A DNA stretch of 64,000 nucleotides from the NCBI GenBank assembly GCA_951406725.2, contig OX597814.1, positions 92,318,001-92,382,000 on the forward strand, read 5' to 3'. The position numbers and the translations under genes were made by a program. This DNA is from Octopus vulgaris (lineage: Eukaryota). The notes beneath the pieces are model-generated. The model made no database searches. It was not told where the DNA came from and worked only from the letters and a program-made list of their open reading frames with translations. Positions within the stretch are counted from its first letter, which is position 1; each line of letters begins with the position of its first letter. Below, piece by piece: positions 1 to 11,211 of this stretch.

Positions 1-905
1 ACAAATAGATTTTCAGCCTAGACATCGATGAACACAGCATTGGCTACACAGAACAAAAGCGCTCCTCTGATTTTCTTGTAGTTATATGCAAATAAGGAAC
101 CTGTGATGACCTCCAAGTTAGTGACCTTCATGGATTGCATCCTGCTACTAAAAGCATAATGCAAACATTTACTGCTCAGGCAAGAGTAAATTTGAGCTTT
201 CTAGCATACACAGCCTCAACATCCTGCAACTTTTGGACATTACATATCATTATTCCATGGACGTTTCGAATTTTCTCAAACTCTTCAGGCTATTCTTTTA
301 AATTATAGGCAGCCATTCGCCTCTCTTTTGTGCAACATTTTCCCAATGAATGTAATTTATGTTCAACGACTTAGGTTTTGACAATACTTGGTTGCATAAT
401 ACTTCTACTGTTCTTCATAGTGTATATTTTTCATTTATACTTACTATGGTAATAGATTCAGAAAATCATTGTGCTATGGGAAACATTAACGGAGATATGT
501 CAATATAAAACTAAAATTAGAAATATAAAACTAATAAAAGGTGAAATGAAATACTCGCAGGAAAATAAATATGTTTTGAGATATCATTAATCCAGAACCA
601 TATTCTTTATTAAAATAGAGCTCCGAAAATATTTTCTTTTTGTTTCACGGCACGCCTGCATATTGGTTAAATGTTAGTCAATTTTTTCTTTCTAAGAAAT
701 CAAGCGGAAATGACCATGATGTATGCTTACTAAATTACCCCACGTCGCATCAATTGCCAGCAAATCCAATGAATAATTTCAATTTCCGAAAAGTCTTTCA
801 AAGACTTCCCTCAATTCAATAATTTCATTTCGAAAGCAGACATCCAATATTACTAACTACACTAAATCTCTCCAGACATGTTTGTTTTTTCATAATACGC
901 ATTTT

Positions 906-925
906 GCGGCCGCCATTTTGATTGG
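906..925 (-). promoter_or_regulatory. YY1-type motif (CAAAATGGCGGC) with adjacent CCAAT; possible promoter/TSS of a neighbouring gene
   Basis: The minus strand reads CCAATCAAAATGGCGGCCGC, an exact long YY1 consensus in non-repetitive AT-rich DNA. The ATG opens only 8 codons. Confidence 0.45.
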
Positions 926-1576
926 GTAGCATATGAAAATTATTTCCTCAACAACTCGAAAAGAAATATTTACAATTTTATCATTATTTTCTTTAAATTT
1001 CTATTACTACTCTTTCTAAAATTTCTTTACAGCAACTTTCATTATTACTTCATTATCTTAAGCTTGTTCTTGCTTCATTCGATCCCCTCTTACTTTCGTC
1101 GGAGACTAGTCAATTAACTTGTGTCTATATTGACTTATTTACTAATGTTATCATTTAAGGGAAACTATTCTATCAGGTTTTCTCTTCTTCATTCATTCGA
1201 TATACATTGTGTTAGGTACAAGAATCCTTTTCATCTCTAACTAATGAATCCGGAAAACATGACCAGTGAATGTTAACCTACAGAGGTCAATATTAACTCG
1301 AAATTTGTTCATTTAGTTAATAAAATCTATTCCTCTTCAAGTTACCTTTATCCAAATTTTCTTTTTTTATTTATTTTCACAAAAATGTAGTAGTTTAGAG
1401 ACATAGCTATTGTCTTTTCACTGCTAAATTACCATTACATATTAACCTAATCTTTAAGAAACGCCTCTTCTTTGGCAAGTTTTACAAATACGCACTCATA
1501 CAATGAAAAGTAATTGAACTAATCGACATGAAATCCTTCATCATTATACACCAACAACTGCTTCATAAATGTACTG

Positions 1577-1646
<70 letters not shown>
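1577..1646. repeat. (CT)n microsatellite
   Basis: Direct reading. Confidence 0.98.
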
Positions 1647-1648
<2 letters not shown>

Positions 1649-2886
1649 GTTGCTGACGTAATTCACAAGTCACTTTAATTAATCACCTTTTCCTTGCCTT
1701 TCTTTACTGGAGTCGAATGCATTGCAAGCGTTAGGATAAAGCCGATTACTTCCAGCTTTTCGTTCCCACTGAAATGTCCGTGGGTACGACCTTCTCCACT
1801 TTTATTAATCTTTTAACAAAAGAAAGGCGATGTTTGAATTACTTTACATTGGAAAGGTCTTCATCTCAACAGTTTAGTGTCAATTAATCCAGCAGTAATA
1901 TTATGCATGAAATAATCTATGAACAAGGTCTTGTACAATTCAATAGTAAAAAGTAGGTGTATAGTATGATATAGGATATTTACCTAGAGTTTTCCACAGT
2001 GGTGATACGTGTCTCTGTTTTGAGATTAATGTTCATGGAAATAAATATTCAGTATGGCAGTTTTTCTGTTCCGTGCTCCACTGTTTCAACATTAACCACA
2101 GCAATTAGTAAGATCCTTTTAGTATTATCTACATAAAATATATGAAGAAAGAAAATATATTAAGCTTTTAATTTACTATAGATGAAACAAGCAAACATTT
2201 AAATGTTTTCTGCATCTAATAAAATATGTTAGTCCTCACACTGCTGCCAATTTAATTCTTTACTTCCCTTGCTAATTAACAACCCCGTGCTAATTTAGAA
2301 TATCATTTATTCTATCCACACCAAAATGTTTAACGAAACACATAATTTATGTTGCTTCTTTCGTTTTATCTGTCAGAAATCTGGGATGCAGATCTACATT
2401 GTCGCTTGTGTAGATGTGTGGTTCACAAGAGTACTTTGCAACTATGTTCTTCCGGTGTAGGTCTCACCAGGACTATTGATATCTAAAATTGACTCGAATA
2501 GACTAATAAATAAATTGCGGGTGGAATTTGATAGACGAAAATCAATACGAATTCTGTGTCGTGTATGTGTGTGTTTGTGCATGCGCGGTTTGTACCATTG
2601 AGTGTTGGCTTGTATGTCATTGTTCAGTTTTATTTCAAAGGATTTCTTGCCAATAGAGAAAGAGCCGGTTTCTAAACTAAGTCATTATGAATGAGATTAT
2701 AAGGATGATGAGAAATGGAAAATATGTACATGATACACGTTACCAACTTCTTGAATAGCTTATATACTATCGTGTGCTACTGCTTATAAATTACACATAC
2801 TAAGAAAAAACGTACACACATACATATATATATGTAGATGTATGTGGACTTTTTATGCATACGTATATATAACATACGTCGTAATT

Positions 2887-2917
<31 letters not shown>

Positions 2918-2920
<3 letters not shown>

Positions 2921-3476
2921 AGAAATATTGAGTTTCTAAATCTCTCGTAGAGAGGTGTACGGTGGTGGAGCGATATAATGGTTGTATACTGTCAATCTAA
3001 CAAGAACGTGACAGTAGGGGGTACACCACCGTTATATAGCCCTAGGAGGCATCGAACGCCTCCTGACAGCTTCGACACATTTTATCCTGTGTCCTTATAT
3101 ACACATACGAAGGGGAGACAAACACCCCCAACCGCCGGAACTGCATCTAGGGACACCGTGTTTCAGGATCATTGTCCTTCATCGGCCTAGAGTAGCAGAC
3201 ACCGGTCAGCTGGCGATATCTGTCTCGACTTCGTATTTGTATATATCTATAGTCAGTGAAGTCTATTCACTGATTATCAAAATAAGAAATATTGAGTTTC
3301 TAAATCTCTCGTAGAGAGGTGTACGGTGGTGGAGCGATATAATGGTTGTATACTGTCAATCTAACAAGAACGTGACAGTGTCGAAGCTGTCAGGAGGCGT
3401 TCGATGCCTCCTAGGGCTATATAACGGTGGTGTACCCCCTACTGTCACGTTCTTGTTAGATTGACAGTATACAACC

Positions 3477-3483
<7 letters not shown>
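2918..3483 (-). mobile_element. Non-autonomous Penelope-type pLTR / retrozyme-like element with a 364-nt period and an inverted terminal segment
   Basis: 2918-3015 is repeated directly at 3282-3379. 3378-3483 is the reverse complement of 2973-3078. (TA)n lies on both sides and a hammerhead motif lies inside. Confidence 0.8.
3146..3191 (-). ncRNA. Minimal type I hammerhead ribozyme motif (U4C core variant)
   Basis: UCUAGG-CCGAUGA-AGGA(CAAUGA)UCCU-GAA-ACAC G GUGU-C-CCUAGA: 6-bp stem I, 4-bp stem II, palindromic stem III, GUC cleavage triplet. Confidence 0.82.
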
Positions 3484-3509
<26 letters not shown>

Positions 3510-3660
3510 CTTACGCCATAAGAATTTCGAGTCTTTGATAGACTTCAAAAAATTCGTTTTTAATCATAAAATCTAAGCAGGTAAAGCTATAATTTAAATA
3601 AGGTATAAATTTGGGGCTTATTTACTTCGCGAGCGAGAGTTAAAACCGAATGTGTATATA

Positions 3661-3733
3661 CTGAGCGTCCAATAATACTTTATTTGTTCCACGTCCTTGC
3701 GTTGTTGTGTTTTTTTTGTTTTCTTGTTTGGAT

Positions 3734-3807
<74 letters not shown>

Positions 3808-3884
3808 ATCCAAACATGAAAACACAAAGAGAAAACACAACAACGCAGAGGACCTGGAACAAATATAGTATTATTGGACGCTCA
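3661..3884. repeat. Inverted repeat arms of about 78 bp flanking a (TA)n tract; part of a pLTR-like element extending to about 4020
   Basis: ctgagcgtccaataatact...tttggattaac (3661-3737) pairs with gttaatccaaac...agtattattggacgctcag (3804-3884). Confidence 0.85.
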
Positions 3885-3904
3885 GGAAGGAAGGAAGAAG
3901 GAAA

Positions 3905-3939
3905 GTTTAACGTTTCGAGCGGAGCTCTTCGTCAGAAAC
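3905..3939 (-). ncRNA. Minimal type I hammerhead ribozyme motif
   Basis: GUUU-CUGACGA-A-GAGC(UCC)GCUC-GAA-ACGU-U-AAAC. Stem III is reduced to the palindrome ACGU, so it can only form as a dimer. GUU triplet. Confidence 0.72.
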
Positions 3940-4019
3940 AAAAGAAAAAGAAAGATCCAGCGAAGGGAAGACGGAGGGAAAAAAATTGCCAACGGTACAC
4001 ACGCGGTCACATTTTGAAT

Positions 4020-4074
<55 letters not shown>

Positions 4075-4744
4075 TATTTTCGATTAAGTAAACAGAAGAT
4101 AGAATTGATATACCTATTTATTTTGTATTACGATCGTTCCCTCTCATCCTGTGACTGTCCTTTATGAGTTGGATGTTGTGCATCATATTGTGTTGGATCA
4201 ATTTTGCCGTCTGGGTCACATCAGGTACATTCATAAATGAAGTGGTGTGTCACTAATGATCTTGCGTTTGGGCAGTCATATTGTTATTATTTGCCCACAA
4301 CCACTTTTAAACTGAAAGTGCACAGTAGAATATGAATCTCAATTATAAATTGTAATTTTAATTTACTTCTATTATATATTCTTTCAATCACGTGCAATTT
4401 CTTATCGAATCCTTTTTATAATTTCACTCGTACCTATAGTGTAATTTTCATATAAAGTTTTATGATTCAACAATTATTTATATACTTTTATCCATTACGG
4501 TCAATTTCCATTTTATCCTACTATAGACCGCTATTTACAAGTAGATGTCCAACTTATTCGTTTTTTCGGCTTCAGTAAAGTAACATAATATTCTATCTTT
4601 GGTATTCGGGTACTATTTCCCCACTGGGTGAATGTACACATGTATGTATGTAAGTATGTATGTATACATATATTAAATGCATATATAAAATATATATATA
4701 TGTACATATACTTTATTTAAAGCAGCAGAAAATTCAACAAAACC

Positions 4745-4780
4745 TGTTACTCTGAGTTTCACGTTCCCGTTCGTCGGACA
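4745..4780 (-). ncRNA. Minimal type I hammerhead ribozyme motif (U4C variant)
   Basis: UGU-CCGACGA-ACG(GGAA)CGU-GAA-ACUC A GAGU-A-ACA. Palindromic stem III, GUA triplet, set between microsatellites. Confidence 0.68.
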
Positions 4781-4813
4781 CATACACACACATACACACA
4801 TACAAACACACAC

Positions 4814-4853
<40 letters not shown>

Positions 4854-4876
4854 ATGTATGTATGTATGTATGTATG

Positions 4877-4910
<34 letters not shown>

Positions 4911-7900
4911 GGTGTGTGCGTGCGATTTAGATTGCAAGAAATCAAGTATTTAGAACTCCTGGAGTTTTCCTGTAAGTCTGCAGAGAAACTGTGAGGAGGA
5001 CTAGCAACAACAATTTTTATGTCACAGTTTACATGTACAAAACAAAAAAAAGACAAGAAGTGACTCAATAACTGAATGAAGGACACTGCTTGTCACACAC
5101 AGCTTACTGACTACCAGAGTTTACAGCAGATCGTAAATATTTTAAGATAAAAAGCGCTTGGTCTCATTTGAAAGCCTTGACCGTGGGTTCCACAACTGTA
5201 GTAATTCCGTGTAACTCATAATCTATTCATGGATTTATTGCTAGGAACAACAATCAAATTTCCTTCAAATCATACTAACTTAAAAAGGAAAGGTAACATT
5301 AGGTGGTGTAGTATTACACGTCTTAAAAAAGTGGTAGTCAGTGAATGCTCTTGATTACTGTGTTCATCAATGAAATAACTCGGAGTTAACAGCAGGATCT
5401 TCTAGCTATCTATGTATCTATCTAAATGTTAAACGGATGAAATTATTCTAAAGCACAACTGAGAATAACAAGTGACCATTTAATAATGGTGCGCCTCTAT
5501 ACTGAGAGTAAAGTTAACATGATTTATCTATACACACACACACTTACATACACATACACACTTACATACATACACACATATATAAATATATATATATATA
5601 TATATAAAGATCAGTACATTCTAATATCGTCATCGAGCATAATTCAACTACACAAACCATAATGTATAGTGTGAATGTCTTCTGCCAGGCTTTTGATTAA
5701 CCATTATTCATCATGCAATCTTCGAGTATAGCGCAACAGAAATTGATTTTTAAATCAAAGGCTGACATGATGATAATACGAGAACTGAAATCGACCAAGG
5801 CTACGTATCTGATCAACTTCCATCCAGAGTTCTGAAGCAATGTTATACAAAATGAGCTAAACTTTGTGTGAACTATTTCACCTTCGTATCATTCTTGGTG
5901 TTTCTCCAAATTAATGGGAAATCACGTCTTTGATTCCTAAACATAAAAGATCCCAGATTTGATCCATCAAAATTCCAACCTATTTTATTACTCAACTTCG
6001 TTGGAAAAGGAAGGAAATCCATGGCTAATAAATTTTAAAGGTAAAAGATCTGTTGATATTTTTTAAAGAAAAATCAATATATACTTTTATTTATTGCTTA
6101 AACCACAGTACTGCAGATCATTACACTCTGATTTTCCTATTACTTTGAAGTAAGACATTTTTTAACATAATTCGGCACAATGATCTCTATTCCAGAGGAA
6201 TATATCTCAAAACTGCTCTTCTGGTAAATCATCGATTAATATATCAGTCACATGAGGATTACTACGTGGGCCACGTATGTACAGGATCGATCGCGAGTAG
6301 GAATGTATTGACCCTTGTAAAACGTTGTCCCTCACATCATATCAGATCATTTTATATCATACTACAGCGTTAGCATTGTTCTGACTTTTAAGACGCTATG
6401 GATCTGTGTGTATCTTCTAGCGAACTGTTGATGCATAAATCGGCAGCCTCTGTTTTAAAATTTTGACAGCATATTATATATATTTATTTAATTATTTACT
6501 TATGAGCTCGATCATCTGCGATGTAAAGGAAAGGAAAGCAATCAAACAGTTTTTCATCCTGACAATTGTTTGTTGAAGCTAACTGATGTGGTGTTCCTTT
6601 GTTCTCCCGTTTCTACTTGTTGAGAAAGTATAGTATGGATATTTTGATTAAATGTAATAATCCAAGACAATAACTAAAATAAAATCTCATGCTACGAATG
6701 TTTGAAATCTAAAAAAAAAACAAAGAACTAAATGAAAGGTTTATTGAAGTCAATCTAGTACCTAAAACAACGGATGAAAGTAATGCACATTTCGGTCTTG
6801 TTAGACTTCACCGAAAAAGCTCCATCCAACAGCACTAATGGCTCTGATATTTCACTGCATTTGAAGTTGCTAAAAGACTAATTCAAAACTATGTAAATGT
6901 TTTAATTTAGCATTGCTCAAGTCACCTATTACGACGTTTTTCGGATAATATTATAAATATAATCAGGCAATTATATAATTTGGATATATACACAATTTTC
7001 TTTAACTGAGATCAAGATTTATGCTATCTTAATATATCTTTTATATTGTACCTATTACCTGTCCTATGTATCCCTTCTTATACACAGGACATATTTCCCT
7101 GGCATCCATGCATCATATATGATACACATTCTCATTTTGACATTCACCAGAGAAACTTTTGACTTATGAAAGTAAAGCTGTATATTAATCACATCGTATG
7201 AAACAAGGGCTAACTAAATCTCTGTAAACAAGCACGGAAGTTTAAGACAAATGTATGAAAATGCTTTGACGAGTCAAAGGTTAAAATCGGCTGCGACTAC
7301 GAAAAATGCTGCGAAACTCTATTTTGAGATTATTAAGTAGCACATGAATTTATGTACTCTCAAATCTACTCAAACGGTATGAACAGCTTATGCAAATTTT
7401 AAAAAAGAATTTCATTAAAGATAAAGTGTTAATGTATGGAAAAATTGGATGAAAAATAATTCATCTGAACGAGACTTGACATTAATTATCAGCGTTTTTA
7501 CTGAACTTGAGTTAGTACCTGGAAAATGCATGGACACTAATTTAGTTTTACAAAGGCAGATAAACTGGTCATGCGCACTATTATTTTTTGTTTTCTTGTT
7601 CAATTATAAAATAGAATTCGCTATCCTTAGGAATAAAATTAATGAACTAGCTCCAAGTGATGCTTTTAGATGCATAGAATCTGAAGAAGAAAAACTTTTA
7701 ATTCGTTGTGACAAGAAAAATAAGTAATAAAATGTTTGATAAAAACGCAAGCTTATGAAGTGAATGATAAATTGCGTTTAAAAAAAAGATAATTTAAGTT
7801 CTCGTAATAATACACCTAAAAATATAGAATCATCAATTTAGGTCCTATCTCATGGAACACTGAACAGGTCCCTTGGAAATTAGGCGTAGAAACATTGCAC

Positions 7901-8230
7901 GAATGTAAATTTTCGAATCGTAGCATAACATTCGTTTGAAAAGTCCTTCCGCCGCAGGGGAAACTAAAATGAATAATGAAGTTAATTGAAATACGTTGTG
8001 CAAAAGAGGAACTATTCTGTATTAACACTCATGTAAGTCTTTTTATTGGCTTTTCAAAGTCGATGATGCATGTGAAATAATAATTGGGACGTCAGCGATC
8101 ACATTTTTGGTATCAGTGTGCATTTTTGGTATCAGAAGAAAGTTCAGTATAATTTAAAAACAGTTCAGAAATTTTACAGGTGGTAGCAGATAAGTCCACA
8201 TGAAGAAATAACTGATATATATATATATAT

Positions 8231-8633
8231 AGGCGTAGAAGTGGCTGTGTGGTAAGTAGCTTGTTTACCAGCCACATGGTTCCGGGTTCAATCCCACTGC
8301 GTGGCACATTGGGCTAGTGTCTTCTAGTATAGCCTCGGGCCGACCAAAGCTTTATGAGTGGATTTGGTAGACGGAAACTAAAAGAATCCTGTCGTATATA
8401 TGTATATATATATATGTATGTGTGTATATGTTTGTGTGCCTGCGTTTGTCCCCCCACATCGCTTGACAACCGATGCTGGTGTGTTTACGTCCCCGTCACT
8501 TAGCGGTTCGGCAAAAGAGAATGATAGAATAAGTACTAGGCTTACAAAGAATAAGTCCTGGGGTCGATTTGCTCGACTAAAGGCGGTGCTCCAGAATGGT
8601 CACAGGCACATGACTGAAACAAGTAAAAAAAAA
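8231..8633 (+). mobile_element. tRNA-derived SINE, family A (head, internal microsatellite, tail)
   Basis: A box TGGCTGTGTGG and B box GGTTCAATCC. Shared body cttgggcaagtgtcttctactatagcc...gactgaaacaagtaaaaga recurs many times in the window. Confidence 0.9.
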
Positions 8634-9059
8634 GTATATATATTTATATATATATATATATATATAAATTATATGTTGAGATATTCTATTGACATTCAAT
8701 AATTTATTTATATTACAATATTACATTAAGTACAATGAATATGATATATTACGTAACATAATTTTATATAAATAATTATAAAAACATTAAAAGGCCAACA
8801 AATTGCTTCAACTTATATATATACGTTTTCTAATATACATAATCACAGTTACATTATATATAAGTCACTTCCATGTCCATTGGTTCAGAAAGATGAAATT
8901 TCGTTTGGAAGGACGGCTGGATTGTAAAAATTTATTCAAATTTGAATTAAACTATTTTTATTATTGAATTATACCAATATTTATATGGTATCAAACTGAA
9001 GTGCCAGTGAAGTGTATGTTTAATACACCCCTCTGAAGAATTTCTTTTCCTCAGTTTGT

Positions 9060-9129
<70 letters not shown>

Positions 9130-9164
9130 GGTGACTGAAAAGTAACTCCCTATTTGAAAGCGTA

Positions 9165-10782
9165 GGTCTTTGAGGCACTTGCAACCCCTCCTATTACTAT
9201 CTCTGCTCACGTAGTCTAGATGCGTGTCCAAGCTGGCGTTCCAATCCCCCACTAAAAGTAAAGGGCGAGACGTTCCTAGTAATACTTCTAGACGTCGAAA
9301 GAAATCCGACCGACCTATTAAAGGCGGTGTGTAGACTGTTATGAGTCGATAAGCACACCCATTGCTGCCGTCGACATCCAGAACAACCAGTCTACTCTCC
9401 GGGTCTACGAATATTGTCTTTTCTTCGAGATCCAGACTCTTGCGAAAAAGTACCGCCCTACACTACCGCCCATTCTCGGCAGACAGCGAGAAAAATAAAT
9501 GCTAAACTGTCCGCCAAACATGGCCTTTAGGGCCCGTGTATTATGGAGTCTGCTCTCACTTATGGTTGTAATTTCTAACTTGTATGACTATGTCATTTAA
9601 CAGGCACTCTTGTTTCCAAGATGACCTCAAGCCACGCGCATTCACACAACCAATCTTGATCTATAATCCTAATGAGGTGTGTGTTTTAAAACACTAACGA
9701 AAGGCACAGAGAGTCACTTAACGTTTGAATGTTTTTGTGTCTCCTCCTTCGGTTTTCCTCGAGAGTTTTTAGAAGAGTAATTCTGGCATCTTCAAACCGC
9801 ATCGGGGTATATGGATTTTAGTGCATGGTACAGGCTTTGTGTGATGTGCAATATTTTAATGCGTTCTGGTGGTGTTGTGTATGGGTTGTTGCTTGTTTTT
9901 ATGTCTACGTGTGTTAAGTTTGCTTTTGTGTTGATGTATTCCATCAAATCTCTATTTCTCGTGTTTATGGCTGTGAGCATCGTTGCTGCATATGTTTTTG
10001 TGGTGTTGTTGTTGGTGTTGTTTGTGCTAGTGTTCAAAAGGTTTTCGTGAGTTGTGTATCTCCCTGCTTTGTTTACGTTTGTTTTTGTTCTTTTCTTACT
10101 CCTCATCCTCCATCCCTTTCTGGCTATTTGCCATTCCTCACTGCTTTCGTCTTTCGACGAAATTTCTGAGGAATTGGATGGGAGTAGGAGCATGTTGTAA
10201 GCTTCTATGTATGTTTGTGTCAGTGGTTGTGTTGTTGTTTTCGTTGAGGTTAGTTGTTGATTGTTTGTATGCTGGGTATAGGGGAAGGGAAATCAGTTTT
10301 TGTATTTTCTTTTGGTTTTTCTGTTTCTTTAGTTTTTGCTGTTGTTGGTGGTGGTGTTTTTCCAGGTGCTGTTGTATGTTCAGTTGTTGTTATTGGTGGG
10401 TTTGGTTTGTGTGTTTCTTTTGTCGTACTCCCTTTGCTTGTCTTCTGTATTGATGGTGGTGTGGGTAGTAAGGGTTCTTTTTTGTTTTTACCTTTTCGTT
10501 GTTGTGGTTGTTGTTATTGATCTTGTTGTTTTTGTTGTTCCTTCGCTGTTGGGCACTTAGTTTTTAGGTGCTCTTCGCTGCCACACAAGTAACAACGAGG
10601 CCTTCTACCACCACGTATAGGTTATGGCCGTCTGGCAGCTCAATTTGGTGTGGTACGCTATTGATTGAGTCCTGGTCTATTTGCACCGGCGACTGAATAG
10701 TTTTTCCCGACCAATTTTGTTGCTCTAAAACAGTAATCTCTTGGATATTTATGTTCACCATGTTGTAACAAATGACGAACAA
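9165..10782 (-). mobile_element. Degenerate L1/Tx1-like LINE fragment (end of ORF1 plus the AP-endonuclease of ORF2)
   Basis: The minus strand gives IKIGCVNARGLRS..KQ, VDPESRLVVLDV..AYRLITVYTP and FFRRLEVLL..LLLVGDWNASLD (APE motifs), with stops and frameshifts. ORF1-like text PHQIELPDGHNLYVVVEG lies upstream. Confidence 0.82.
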
Positions 10783-10802
10783 CAGCTATTGTGTCTCTAC
10801 TT

Positions 10803-11211
<409 letters not shown>

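Noticed and set aside
1-380. Coding exon on the minus strand
   Set aside because: The longest frame is broken by stops and has no recognisable motif. It may be a decayed TE, but this is unsupported.
6720-7730. Gene or transposase around the 92-aa ORF at 7449-7727
   Set aside because: No recognisable domain or splice structure. A homology search would be needed.
8231-8305. tRNA genes at SINE heads (also 46071, 58217, 63799)
   Set aside because: A and B boxes are present, but there is no complete cloverleaf and each continues into a shared SINE body.
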